From assembly GCA_050331295.1 (NCBI GenBank), contig JBHJGZ010000007.1, positions 350,422 to 414,421 of the forward strand: a stretch of DNA of 64,000 nucleotides. The letters are read 5' to 3'. Position 1 is the first letter of the stretch. Every line of letters starts with the position of its first letter. The translations under genes were made by a program, and so were the position numbers. Origin of the DNA: Myxococcota bacterium. Lineage in GTDB: Bacteria; Myxococcota; Kuafuiibacteriia; Kuafuiibacteriales; Kuafuiibacteriaceae. Shown one piece after another: positions 48,391 through 58,109 of this stretch. The notes beneath the pieces are model-generated. The model was given only the letters and a program-made list of their open reading frames with translations, made no database searches and was not told the origin of the DNA.

Positions 48391-49421
48391 TCGGTGACCT
48401 CGGTACCGCGGATGAGCAGCGAGGGGTCTTGCGCTATCAGCCGACTGAACTCCCGAAGGTCTTCACTCGCCTCTCGGATCTCTTTGAGTGACAAGACGAA
48501 GTCTTCGCGGCTCGCCCGCAGTAGAAGGTCGGTGTCGTCCAGGATCGATGCCATGCGTCGCAAGGCCAGCTGCGCCTCGGCGACCACCTCTCCGAACTGC
48601 TCCGGAGCCAGAATGTCGTCCAGGTTCTTGGACGCCGACGCCACCGACTTCACGATGATGCGAACCTCGTCTTCATCGATGGCTTCCAACAACCGATGGA
48701 GGCGTTGAGCCGTCTTCCGGTACGTAACGAGGAGAGCTTTGGTCTCCGGCTCTAGCCGATCCATGGCCAGACGACTTCGATTCATCAGTTTCTCGGCTGC
48801 GCGCAGGGTCGCCGTGGCTTGCTCCACCCCCGACTTCGTGGGCTGTTCGAGCTCTTTCAGGGCGTGATTGGTGTCGACCACGAGCTGATCGAAGTGGTCC
48901 AAGAGGCGCTCGACCCGCTTTCGGTTCGCGGTCTTCGTCCATTGAGCGATGCGCTCGGTCAGCACCATCACCCGCTCTGCGATTTCCTCTGCACGGTCAC
49001 CCAGCTGACCCACGAACGATGGAGTGCTGGGAATCTCCGAGCCTTCGTCGATCATTCCCGCGCGAGGATCCCCTGGAACCAAGTTCACGGTGCGAAGGCC
49101 GGTTAGGCCCGAAAGGTCGATCACCGCCTCGGTGCCCTCGTAAAGCACCACCTCCGGGTCGACCGCGAGGGTCACTCTGATCAGTTGAGGATCTTCTGAA
49201 TCGATCTCCATCCTTTGGACCGATCCAATCCTGAACCCTTGATATCTGACCGCAGACCCTTCCTCCAGTCCGGCCACGCTCTCGTCGAACTTCACGGTGT
49301 ACTGGTCTGGTCGACTGAACAATTGCAGGCCGGCCAGGATGACGATGGCCGAGAATACCAAAACCGCACCGGTCGCCAGAAAAGCGGTGAGTCGAAACCG
49401 TTCGGCCCGCGTGAGGTTCAT
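48387..49421 (-). CDS. MCE-family (MlaD/PqiB-like) substrate-binding protein
   Basis: N-terminal TM anchor and MCE domain (YTVKFDESVAGLEEGSAVRYQGFRIGSV); C-terminal coiled-coil-like region. Confidence 0.8.
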   Translation of the reverse strand: MNLTRAERFRLTAFLATGAVLVFSAIVILAGLQLFSRPDQYTVKFDESVAGLEEGSAVRYQGFRIGSVQRMEIDSEDPQLIRVTLAVDPEVVLYEGTEAVIDLSGLTGLRTVNLVPGDPRAGMIDEGSEIPSTPSFVGQLGDRAEEIAERVMVLTERIAQWTKTANRKRVERLLDHFDQLVVDTNHALKELEQPTKSGVEQATATLRAAEKLMNRSRLAMDRLEPETKALLVTYRKTAQRLHRLLEAIDEDEVRIIVKSVASASKNLDDILAPEQFGEVVAEAQLALRRMASILDDTDLLLRASREDFVLSLKEIREASEDLREFSRLIAQDPSLLIRGTEVTE

Positions 49422-50215
49422 GCCGGCTCCCCGCTCTCTTCTCCTTGGAAATATCGAAGCAGACTCTCGCCCCGGGCGTCGTTCGACCCAGAACGACCGA
49501 AAAAGGCCTTGGCGGTGGGATGCTCGGAGGCTTCGGCTTCCGCCAACGTCCCGTCCACCGCGACCCGCCCCCGGTCGAGCATCAGAACCCGGTCGGCGAT
49601 GTTACGGATGCTGGCGAGTTCGTGAGTCACGACGACGATCGCGACGCCAAAACGGTCGCGAAGGTCCAGCAATGTTCGGTCCAGAGAGGCCGAAGTCACC
49701 GGATCGAGTCCGGCGCTCGGCTCGTCGCAGAAGAGGATCTCCGGATCCAGTGCCATAGCCCTCGCCAGCGCCGCCCGCTTCTTCATACCGCCCGAAAGCT
49801 CTGACGGAAAGCGGTGCTCTGCCCCGTCGAGCCCGAGCAGACGCAACTTGAGTCGGACGATCTCATCGATCACTGATCCCGGCAAGTCTGTGTGCTGACT
49901 CAAAGGGAGTGAAACATTCTCCAGCAAGCTCATGCTATTGAGCAGTGCGCTACCCTGAAACAGCATCCCGATCCGGCGAAAGAGGGCCTCGCGCTCGCCT
50001 TCGTCCGCGTCGGGAAGCGACGTCCCGAGTAGACGTACGGTTCCAGACGCCGGCGTCAAAAGGCCGATCAGGTGCTTGAGCAAAGTCGTTTTTCCGCTTC
50101 CGGACCCTCCGAGGATGACTCTCACTTCCCCCGGATCCACGGATAGATCGATGCCGTCGAGAACGGTGCGCTCCCCATACCGCGCAACCAGATCCGTCGC
50201 GTCGACCATGCCCAT
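49418..50215 (-). CDS. ABC transporter ATP-binding protein (MlaF-like)
   Basis: Walker A GGSGSGKTT, signature LSGGMKKRAALARA, Walker B ILFCDEP; start at MGMVDA. The 44-codon upstream ORF extension overlaps the permease gene and is rejected. Confidence 0.9.
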   Translation of the reverse strand: MGMVDATDLVARYGERTVLDGIDLSVDPGEVRVILGGSGSGKTTLLKHLIGLLTPASGTVRLLGTSLPDADEGEREALFRRIGMLFQGSALLNSMSLLENVSLPLSQHTDLPGSVIDEIVRLKLRLLGLDGAEHRFPSELSGGMKKRAALARAMALDPEILFCDEPSAGLDPVTSASLDRTLLDLRDRFGVAIVVVTHELASIRNIADRVLMLDRGRVAVDGTLAEAEASEHPTAKAFFGRSGSNDARGESLLRYFQGEESGEPA

Positions 50216-50217
50216 CT

Positions 50218-51306
50218 TCAGACCAGGACCAGAATGATGTTTGCGATGGCATCGGCCGCAATGATGGCGAAGATGCTGTTGACGACGCTGCGGGTCGTGC
50301 TGCGACCCACCGCGTCGCTTCCTCCCGACGTGGCAAAGCCGCACCACGCCCCTACGATGATTATCAAGACCGCGAACACGAAGCTCTTGACCATCCCTCC
50401 CACGAAATCGCCGAGCAGAACGGCCGTGGACACGCGATTCAGATACGGGTCCACGGCGATGTCCAAGTAGGAAATCGACACCGTTAATCCACCGAGTATA
50501 CCGAACAGCATTCCGTAGATGGTCAACAGTGGCATGGCGACGAGGATGGCCAACACCTTGGGTACGACCAGGAAGCGCACGGGATGGATGCCCATGATCC
50601 GGAGCGCATCGACTTCTTCGGTGATGACCATCGTCCCTATCTCCGCCGCCACCGCCGAACCGGAGCGTCCGGCCACGGCGATCGCGGTCATCAGGGGACC
50701 AATTTCCTTGACCACCGAAATACCTACCAAATCCGCAACGAACAAGCTGGCTCCGAACTGTCGAAGCTGAGCCGCGCTGAGCAATGCCAGCGTCGCACCG
50801 ATCAGGTACATGATGGTCCCCACCACCGCAAACGCGCCGGCACCCATCTGCGACAGCTCATATCCAAAAGAGGACCACCTTAGTTTTCGCGGCGCCCTGA
50901 ATGCTTCGAAGACGAAAAAGAGGGTGTCGGCGCACAGGCGCATGACCTCCATGAACACGGCCCAGGAAAAGGAAGATGCGCGGCGAACGCTCGGGGCAGT
51001 CGGCTCCGTGTAGCCGGCCGGGAAGATGCGGAGCGTTTGTCGGACAGCGGGCGACATACCTCGAACCTCGAGTCGACGACCGTGAGCACGAAGATCTCGA
51101 TCGAGTCTGGACAACAATGCGACTCCAGCGCTGTCCACGCTGTCGACGTCCGACATGTCCAGACACACGCCACCGGTCTCCTTGGAGAGTCTCGCATAGA
51201 GTGCACCGACGGTTTCCCGGTCCAATGACCCTTTAAGATGCGTCACTGCTGGCTGTCGCGTGTCGTCGGGAGACTGGGTGGATGGCGCAGTCACGGTTTC
51301 GACCAC
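50218..51306 (-). CDS. MlaE-family ABC permease with N-terminal STAS (MlaB-like) domain fusion
   Basis: About 100-aa STAS/anti-sigma-antagonist-like N-terminal region (LDMSDVDSVDSAGVALL) followed by MlaE permease TM core (EVDALRIMGIHPV). Confidence 0.8.
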   Translation of the reverse strand: MVETVTAPSTQSPDDTRQPAVTHLKGSLDRETVGALYARLSKETGGVCLDMSDVDSVDSAGVALLSRLDRDLRAHGRRLEVRGMSPAVRQTLRIFPAGYTEPTAPSVRRASSFSWAVFMEVMRLCADTLFFVFEAFRAPRKLRWSSFGYELSQMGAGAFAVVGTIMYLIGATLALLSAAQLRQFGASLFVADLVGISVVKEIGPLMTAIAVAGRSGSAVAAEIGTMVITEEVDALRIMGIHPVRFLVVPKVLAILVAMPLLTIYGMLFGILGGLTVSISYLDIAVDPYLNRVSTAVLLGDFVGGMVKSFVFAVLIIIVGAWCGFATSGGSDAVGRSTTRSVVNSIFAIIAADAIANIILVLV

Positions 51307-51308
51307 CC

Positions 51309-52049
51309 CTATGCTTCGGGGCGGTACTTGATACTACAGCCCAGAGCCTTGGTCTCGGAAACCGGCACCGCCGCGCCCTTCGACACCGCCTCGATGGCAT
51401 CCTTCAGGTACTTCTTCTTCACGGCTTGCGGTGCCTGAGCGTTGTCATCGATCGTTCCGCGGTATACCAGCTTGCGCTCTCCATCGAAGAGAAAAATCTC
51501 CGGCGTCTTGTCCGCTCCGAAGGCTCTCCCCACCTCGGACGTAGCGTCCACCACGTACGGATACTCCATGCCCGCGCGCTGTGCCCGTTCCTTCATCTCC
51601 TCGATCCCGTCCTCCGGATAGGCCTTCGGGTCATTTGGATTCACGGCGATGACGCCAATGCCTTTCTTCTGCGCTGAATTTCCCAGAGCGACTGTACGCG
51701 CCTCCCACGCCTTGACCCAAGGACAGTGGTTGCATGTGAAGATCACCAGCAAACCCTTCTCGGTGGCCGCCGAATCCAAGGAATGTTCCTCGTCGTCAGT
51801 CCCCACCATCTTCACGTCCCCGCCAGGCAGCAGTACTCCCAACGAGATCTTGGATGGTTGGACTCCTTGCGTGCCCGGGGCGGCCTTGGCGGTCCCGGTC
51901 CCACCGTAGGATGGTATCGCTGGCGCTTCTCCATCCTTTTTGCCCGAACAGCCGACCGGGAGCAGCAAGAGCCCCAGTATCACCAACGCCCAAAGATGGG
52001 TCGACTTCGATTCATGGATGCAGGTTGCGTAGTCGGATACGATTCTCAT
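51309..52049 (-). CDS. thioredoxin-like (redoxin/TlpA-family) lipoprotein
   Basis: Lipobox LLPVGCSG and CxxC-type motif TCNHCPW in a thioredoxin fold. Confidence 0.7.
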   Translation of the reverse strand: MRIVSDYATCIHESKSTHLWALVILGLLLLPVGCSGKKDGEAPAIPSYGGTGTAKAAPGTQGVQPSKISLGVLLPGGDVKMVGTDDEEHSLDSAATEKGLLVIFTCNHCPWVKAWEARTVALGNSAQKKGIGVIAVNPNDPKAYPEDGIEEMKERAQRAGMEYPYVVDATSEVGRAFGADKTPEIFLFDGERKLVYRGTIDDNAQAPQAVKKKYLKDAIEAVSKGAAVPVSETKALGCSIKYRPEA

Positions 52050-52071
52050 CGAGATGATTCTCCTTTCGATC

Positions 52072-52797
52072 TCACGTTGACTTGGCCTCGACCAGCTCCT
52101 GCAGGCTCGTCCTCAGCTCTTCCTCTTTCACTTTGCCCATCCACGACTTCACCCGATCTCCATTCCGGTCGAAGATGACGGTGGCGGGAAGTGCTCCGTT
52201 CCACTCGGGGTGCACCGCGTTGATGAACGCGTCGTCTGGGCCTACCTTGATGTAGCTCGGAAGATCCGCGTTTTGTTCTCGCAAGAATCTCACCGCTTCG
52301 TCTCGCTCACTGTCGAAGTCCGTACTCACGAACATCAGGCTCACTCCACGCTTCTGGAACGACCGCGTCACCGACTGCACATATGGAAACTCCTCGCGAC
52401 ACGGACCGCACCACGTGGACCACACGTTCAAAACTACGAAGTCGGCGTCTCGAGCACGGATTCGGTCGAACAGTTCATCGGCCGAGACCTCGATCAACGC
52501 TTCGGCTTCCCTCGATTCGGACGGTGGTGGCACTCGTGCAACCCGAGGCTCGGAGTCGGTACATGCACTCACCAGGGCCAGCGCGAAAGTCGCCCCTCCG
52601 AGCTGGCTCCACGAACGCCACCGCGACCTCGCACCCCCCCAGGACTCTCCTCGACGTCTCGGGGACGTGATCTCCTCCGAAAATCCAAACCCACCCGAAC
52701 GGGCCGTGCCCTGAGCTGCTCTGTGCACCCGGCGGCCTTTACCAAGAAACGGCGCCCCAACCCAGTCTTTCGCATCTTCATGGGGCGATGATGTCAT
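52072..52797 (-). CDS. TlpA-family thiol-disulfide oxidoreductase
   Basis: WCGPC active-site motif with hydrophobic anchor ATFALALVSAC. Start uncertain; M at 52797 avoids overlap with the upstream methyltransferase. Confidence 0.65.
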   Translation of the reverse strand: MTSSPHEDAKDWVGAPFLGKGRRVHRAAQGTARSGGFGFSEEITSPRRRGESWGGARSRWRSWSQLGGATFALALVSACTDSEPRVARVPPPSESREAEALIEVSADELFDRIRARDADFVVLNVWSTWCGPCREEFPYVQSVTRSFQKRGVSLMFVSTDFDSERDEAVRFLREQNADLPSYIKVGPDDAFINAVHPEWNGALPATVIFDRNGDRVKSWMGKVKEEELRTSLQELVEAKST

Positions 52798-52805
52798 GTC
52801 GCCCT

Positions 52806-53528
52806 CTAGGATGCTCGCGAGGCTACGAGCAAATAACGGTACATTGGACGCCATCCAAGCAAGCGCACATCCAGACCTGCCGCCGTGGCAAGGGCGTGAA
52901 GCTCGTCTCTCGTGAAACCTCGATTGACGGAAAGGGGAGCATCATTTCGAACGAAAGGGGACCGTGAAAGCACGCGGGTGACCGCCTTGATGGCCGCATA
53001 GGCCACCGGATGCCTATGGAGATCATTGACGACGATCCCTCTCCGACCGACCCTGGCCATCTCACGCAACATCCTCACGGCTCCTTCGTCATCGAAGTGA
53101 TGGAGCGTGAGCGACATGTGAACGATGTCCCAACTCCGGTCGGGCTCGTCGAACAGGTCCCCTTGTCGAAATGTGACATTGGGATGACCGTTCGAGCATT
53201 CTTCGGCGTACTCGACCGCGGCCGAGCTCAACTCGAGACCTTGAACCCGAATATCGCGTTCGGCGCGCTGTGCCCAGGCCGCCAGATAGCGGGCGAAGTC
53301 TCCGCCTCCGGAACCGACGTCCAAGACCGCTAGAGGTTGGTCGTCCGTGACGACCAGGCATCGCACCCCTTCGAGGCTCACGGCGTGGCCGCCCAGTCGA
53401 AGATTGATCTGCTCCAGCTCTTCGTACACACGGAAGAGTTCGTGGCGTGGGGCAGACGGGTCGTCCATGAGCTCATCGTCGGCCACCCGGTAGGGACGAT
53501 ACCCGAGCCATTGTTCAAGAAGGCTCAT
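52806..53528 (-). CDS. class I SAM-dependent methyltransferase
   Basis: SAM-binding motif VLDVGSGGGDFARYLA; 240 aa; 14-nt overlap with the upstream regulator gene. Confidence 0.75.
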   Translation of the reverse strand: MSLLEQWLGYRPYRVADDELMDDPSAPRHELFRVYEELEQINLRLGGHAVSLEGVRCLVVTDDQPLAVLDVGSGGGDFARYLAAWAQRAERDIRVQGLELSSAAVEYAEECSNGHPNVTFRQGDLFDEPDRSWDIVHMSLTLHHFDDEGAVRMLREMARVGRRGIVVNDLHRHPVAYAAIKAVTRVLSRSPFVRNDAPLSVNRGFTRDELHALATAAGLDVRLLGWRPMYRYLLVASRAS

Positions 53529-54915
53529 GATTGTCCTCGATCCGCTCCAGCTTGCGATACAAGGTCCGACGGTCCAAGCCGAGCACCTGAGCGGCTCGAG
53601 TCTTATTGCCGTTGACCGCTTTCAGGACCTTTCGAATGTATCTCGTTTCCAGAACTTCGAGACTCGGCATGCGGTCCGGATCTTCCACATCCACCAAGAG
53701 GTGGGTGCTCTGGTAGCGTCGAATCTTGTCGGGAAGGTCATCGACCATGACTTGATCGTACGGCGTCAAGGTCACGGCGCGTTCGATGCTATTCTCCAGC
53801 TCACGCACGTTTCCTGGCCACTCGTACTCCAGAAGTCGCTGAGCTGCACTGGCCGATAAGCCTTTCACCGGTCGGTTTGCCCGGATCGCAAATCGCTCCA
53901 CGAAGTATTGCGCCAGCAGCAGGATGTCGTTCGCCCGTACCCGGAGGGGCGGCACCTGGATCTGAACGACATTGATCCGATAGAAAAGGTCGTCACGAAA
54001 GGCGCCCCGCTCCACCAGCGCCTCTAAGTCTTTGTTCGTCGCGGCCAGGATACGCGCATCGACCTCGACCTCCTGGTCCCCTCCCACCGGACGAAGCCGT
54101 CCATCTTGCAGCACGCGTAGCAATTTAGCCTGCATCTCGAGCGGCATCTCTGCGATCTCATCGAGAAAGATGGTTCCACCGTCCGCTCGAAGGAACAGGC
54201 CCTGACGAGGGGTACCCGCATCGGTGAATGCTCCCTTGAGGTGACCGAACAGTTCGGCCTCCATGAGGGACGCCGGCACCGCCGCACAGTTCAGAGCCAC
54301 GAACTCACGGTTGGCCCGTGGGCTACGACGATGGATCGCCCGGGCCACGAGTTCTTTGCCAGTCCCCGATTCTCCAGTAATGAGCACGGTAGCCTGGCCT
54401 TCGGCCACGCGCTCGACCAGTTCGTAGACTCTCTTCATGGCCGGGCTGGTTCCGACAAACTCCTCGGCGCTCTGAGCGCCGACCACCGACCGCAGCCGCT
54501 TCACCTCTTCGCTCAGCTCCTTGTGCCGAACCGCGCGATCGAGAGCCAATCCCAAGGCCTGCATGTCCACCGGCTTGGTCAAGAAGTCGTAGGCTCCGGC
54601 TCGGATCGCGGCTACCGCGGACTCCATGCTGCCGTAGGCCGTGAACACCAGGACTGGGACGTGGGGGCGATTGAGGACGATACGTTCGCACAAGGCGAGA
54701 CCGGAGCTCCGCTCCAATTGCAGGTCGGTCAGAACGACGTCGACATCGTCCCGCTCCAACAAGGAAAGCGCGCCCTCCGCGCCGGTTCGGGTCAGGACTT
54801 CATATCCCCTCCCGGACATGTACTGCTCCACGAGCTCCAGTGTGCTCGGGTCGTCATCAATGACGAGCACCCTGGGAGGGCCCCCCGGCGATTGTGGTCC
54901 GGCCATCGCCGCCAT
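53515..54915 (-). CDS. sigma-54-dependent response regulator (NtrC family: REC, AAA+ and Fis-type HTH domains)
   Basis: REC domain (VLVIDDD...D); sigma-54 interaction domain with GESGTGKE and GAFTDA (GAFTGA-like); C-terminal HTH. Confidence 0.9.
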   Translation of the reverse strand: MAAMAGPQSPGGPPRVLVIDDDPSTLELVEQYMSGRGYEVLTRTGAEGALSLLERDDVDVVLTDLQLERSSGLALCERIVLNRPHVPVLVFTAYGSMESAVAAIRAGAYDFLTKPVDMQALGLALDRAVRHKELSEEVKRLRSVVGAQSAEEFVGTSPAMKRVYELVERVAEGQATVLITGESGTGKELVARAIHRRSPRANREFVALNCAAVPASLMEAELFGHLKGAFTDAGTPRQGLFLRADGGTIFLDEIAEMPLEMQAKLLRVLQDGRLRPVGGDQEVEVDARILAATNKDLEALVERGAFRDDLFYRINVVQIQVPPLRVRANDILLLAQYFVERFAIRANRPVKGLSASAAQRLLEYEWPGNVRELENSIERAVTLTPYDQVMVDDLPDKIRRYQSTHLLVDVEDPDRMPSLEVLETRYIRKVLKAVNGNKTRAAQVLGLDRRTLYRKLERIEDNHEPS

Positions 54916-54992
54916 GACACGCCATCGACTATCGTAAGCGGGTCCCCGTGACCATCGGGAAAGTCCGAAGGACGTTGCACGTCCAGCAGTGC

Positions 54993-55976
54993 CTATCCGA
55001 TGGGCTGATGGATGAAGGGCCGAGAAACCTCGTCGAGAGCGCGCATCTCCGCATCCGACAACTCCAGCTGCATCGCCATCGCATTCTCACGCGCCCGTGG
55101 GGCCGACCTGGCTCCCACCACGGCGAAGAGTTGCCGACCATGGACGCGTAACGTCCAGGCCAGGGCGACCTGCGCCGGCGTCGCTGTGTGTCGTTCTGCG
55201 ATCTCCCTCAGCGCATCGATCACCGGCGCAGAGCGCCGAAGGACGGAGCCGCGCCACTTCGGGAGCAAACGCTTGGGCATGGGCAATCGCTCGAGCTTGG
55301 TCGGGTCGTCATGATAGCTCCCCGTGAGCAATCCTTGTTCGAGGGCGGAAGTGGCCACGATACTCACTCCCCGCTTTTGGCAGGCCTGCAGGACGCCATT
55401 CGCCTCGATACGTCGGTCCAGCAGACTGAACTTCAGCTGGTTCGATGCCAAGACGAGATCCATCTCCTTGAGGGTGCGCGCCGCCCTCATGATCTTGTCG
55501 GCATCGTAGTGGCACACTCCTACCGCACGGATCCGCTTTCTCTTGACGAGAATACCCAGGTTTCGGACCACCGCCTCCACAGGCGACAGAGAACCGGGAT
55601 GATGGGCTTGGTGGAGGTCTACGGGGAACGGTCGGAGGGCGTCTTCCCTATCCCGAAAACTATCGAGCACGGAGGGAGAAGTGCGGAGAAACGGCGACCA
55701 CTTGGTCGCTACCACGACCGAACCGACCGTGGAGCCCGCCTCCGAGAGCGCATCAGCCAACGCGCGCTCGGAGAACCCGCTCCCGTAGGCCTCGGCCGTA
55801 TCGAACCAGGAAATCCCATGTTCCAGCGACACCCGAACGACAGCGCGAACCGCATCCTGGTCCATCCCCGGCCAATACGCTCCCGCCAGCCCGCGACCAC
55901 CCGAGAAATGCCAACAACCGAGGCCGATCGCACTCAACCGAAGACTCGTTCGTCCCAGATTTCGAAGTTCGGGCAT
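54993..55976 (-). CDS. aldo/keto reductase
   Basis: AKR N-terminus LGRTSLRLSAIGLGCW and catalytic tetrad region (FDTAEAYG). Confidence 0.85.
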   Translation of the reverse strand: MPELRNLGRTSLRLSAIGLGCWHFSGGRGLAGAYWPGMDQDAVRAVVRVSLEHGISWFDTAEAYGSGFSERALADALSEAGSTVGSVVVATKWSPFLRTSPSVLDSFRDREDALRPFPVDLHQAHHPGSLSPVEAVVRNLGILVKRKRIRAVGVCHYDADKIMRAARTLKEMDLVLASNQLKFSLLDRRIEANGVLQACQKRGVSIVATSALEQGLLTGSYHDDPTKLERLPMPKRLLPKWRGSVLRRSAPVIDALREIAERHTATPAQVALAWTLRVHGRQLFAVVGARSAPRARENAMAMQLELSDAEMRALDEVSRPFIHQPIG

Positions 55977-56067
55977 CCGTGGGCGCTGTTACATCGAAAG
56001 TTGGTCGGGCGCGACCGATTCCCGCGTTGAAGCTGGAAGCGCCATCTGATCGTGGCACACTCGTTCC

Positions 56068-57267
56068 GTGTTGGCGATGGCCCTGCTTCCTTTGGTCCTC
56101 GGGGTCGAGCGACCCGTCCATACCCGCGCGGGCATCCTGCCGGTTGAGGTCCTGGACCAACTCACGCGGCGAGGAGACGTCGCACTCATCGAATCTCGGC
56201 CCGACTCGGGGTGCCGACAAGTGATGTTGTTGTCACGCTTCGAGCAGTCGCCGGAGCGGGTGTTCGAAGCATTCGTCGACATCCAATCTTATCCCGAGGC
56301 GATGTCGGTTCTTTCTTCCATTACCGTCCTCGATCAAGACGATGGCCTGCTCGCCTATCGATGGCTCGCATCCATACCCCCGGTCATCCGATTGACGGGC
56401 GTTCGTCTTCAGCGTGCCAAGCGTCCGGTCCTGATCGAGGTCAGAGGACACTCGGGACACTTGAGAGGTACCCGGGAGCGGATCGAATTCTATCCGGTTC
56501 CCGGCGGCACCCTGGTCGCTTTGTACCGAGGACTCGATGTGGACACCGGAGGGTGGCTGGTCCGAGCCTTCATGGGCATCGATCCGTCGATGGAGCAAGG
56601 CCTCACGCTTGCCTCATTGATGATTCACATGAACGGCATACGACGGCGTCTCGACCCCGACCCCGAACAACGGACCGACTCGTTCGCGGAATCTGGTCCG
56701 CGCCCCTCGCTTCATTCCCTCGGCCTCGGAACGACCTCGCTTCCGCATGAGGCGGTCGCGCCGATGCTCGAACTGGGGACACTCGCCCTGATCGAGTCCA
56801 CCGACGCCGGTCGTGTCCGCCAAGTGGCGTTACTCACGTCAGTGGAGGCCCCCTCAACCCGCGTTCGGGAGGTAGTCGCCGCACCACAGAGATATCCGGA
56901 GTTCATCTCGAGCCTGAAGGATCAATCAGCGGAACTTCGGGCGGATGGCTCTTTGGACCTGACCTGGCACATCAAGGTCCCGATGGTGAGCATGAAGGGG
57001 ACTTCGCGAATGGATTTTCTCGACGACGGAAGCATCGAAGTCCGAACCACCAGCGGAGACATCGCGGACGGCCTTTGGCGATGGGAGTTTCATTCAGTGG
57101 GCGAGGAGAGATCGATTCCGGTGTTGTACGTCTATCACGATCTTCGCAAGTCTTCGTTCGTCACGGGTCTGCTTCTGGAAGCCGAACCCCTTCTCGAGCA
57201 CGGGATGGTGGGAGCGTCGGGAGCGATTGCCCTGTCGAGCATGAAGACGAGAGCGGAAACACGATGA
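56068..57267 (+). CDS. hypothetical protein with two tandem START-fold (SRPBCC-like) repeat domains and a putative signal peptide
   Basis: Clear internal duplication (GDVALIESRPDSGCRQVMLLSRFEQSPERVFEAFVDIQSYPE versus GTLALIESTDAGRVRQVALLTSVEAPSTRVREVVAAPQRYPE); hydrophobic N-terminus. Confidence 0.5.
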   Translation: MLAMALLPLVLGVERPVHTRAGILPVEVLDQLTRRGDVALIESRPDSGCRQVMLLSRFEQSPERVFEAFVDIQSYPEAMSVLSSITVLDQDDGLLAYRWLASIPPVIRLTGVRLQRAKRPVLIEVRGHSGHLRGTRERIEFYPVPGGTLVALYRGLDVDTGGWLVRAFMGIDPSMEQGLTLASLMIHMNGIRRRLDPDPEQRTDSFAESGPRPSLHSLGLGTTSLPHEAVAPMLELGTLALIESTDAGRVRQVALLTSVEAPSTRVREVVAAPQRYPEFISSLKDQSAELRADGSLDLTWHIKVPMVSMKGTSRMDFLDDGSIEVRTTSGDIADGLWRWEFHSVGEERSIPVLYVYHDLRKSSFVTGLLLEAEPLLEHGMVGASGAIALSSMKTRAETR

Positions 57268-58055
57268 TGAACGGCGCCACCTACGCGGTGGGAGACGTCC
57301 AAGGCTGCGCCTTGACGCTCCACCGACTGCTCGACGCCATTTCGTTCCGCCCCGGAGTGGATCGGCTTTGGCTCGTTGGCGACCTCGTGAATCGAGGTCG
57401 GCACAACGTCGAGGTATTGCGGACTCTCCGTCAACTCCAGGCCACCGCTGTCCTCGGTAACCACGACCTTCTGCTGCTGGCGGCCGCGGCCGGCTTCGCT
57501 TCGCTTGGACGAACCGATAGCGTGCAGGACGTCCTGACGGCCCCAGACCGTCATGAACTCCTCGAATGGCTCCGCTCACGACCTCTTTTTCATTGCGAGG
57601 GTGGATGGGCCATGGTCCACGCCGGTTTTCGCCCCGACTGGACCACGGAGGAGATCATTCGACGAGCCCGCCGTGCCGGTGCGGCGGTGATGCAAAGAGG
57701 CATTCTGCGGCACTGGAAGGCGGCCAAGCCATCCTCTCCCTCCCTCGAGATCTTGGAGGACCTCCGGACCTTCACGACGATCCGGATGGTGGACGCGGCC
57801 GGCACCCCCACCGGATTCAAGGGACCGCCCGAAGAAGCCCCCTCCGGTCAAATCCCGTGGTTCGAGCGACACGGAGGCATTTCGTCGGCCCGGGTCGTGT
57901 TCGGTCATTGGGCCGCCCTGGGTCATCGAGATCTCGGACGCTTTGTCAGCCTGGATTCCGGGGCGGTGTGGGGCAAGAGCCTCACGACCCTGCGTCTGGA
58001 CGACGGTCGTGTGTTTCGAGTGCCCACCGTGCGCGAAGATCTTCCCTCCTTCTGA
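57264..58055 (+). CDS. apaH: symmetrical bis(5'-nucleosyl)-tetraphosphatase (Ap4A hydrolase)
   Basis: ApaH N-terminus TYAVGDVQGC and metallophosphatase motifs GDLVNRG, GNHD; ATGA overlap with the upstream gene. Confidence 0.85.
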   Translation: MMNGATYAVGDVQGCALTLHRLLDAISFRPGVDRLWLVGDLVNRGRHNVEVLRTLRQLQATAVLGNHDLLLLAAAAGFASLGRTDSVQDVLTAPDRHELLEWLRSRPLFHCEGGWAMVHAGFRPDWTTEEIIRRARRAGAAVMQRGILRHWKAAKPSSPSLEILEDLRTFTTIRMVDAAGTPTGFKGPPEEAPSGQIPWFERHGGISSARVVFGHWAALGHRDLGRFVSLDSGAVWGKSLTTLRLDDGRVFRVPTVREDLPSF

Positions 58056-58109
58056 CGCCTCGTTCGGGGTTGTCAGCCGAAGATCTCGGTCTCACGCTAT
58101 CGGCCGCCG

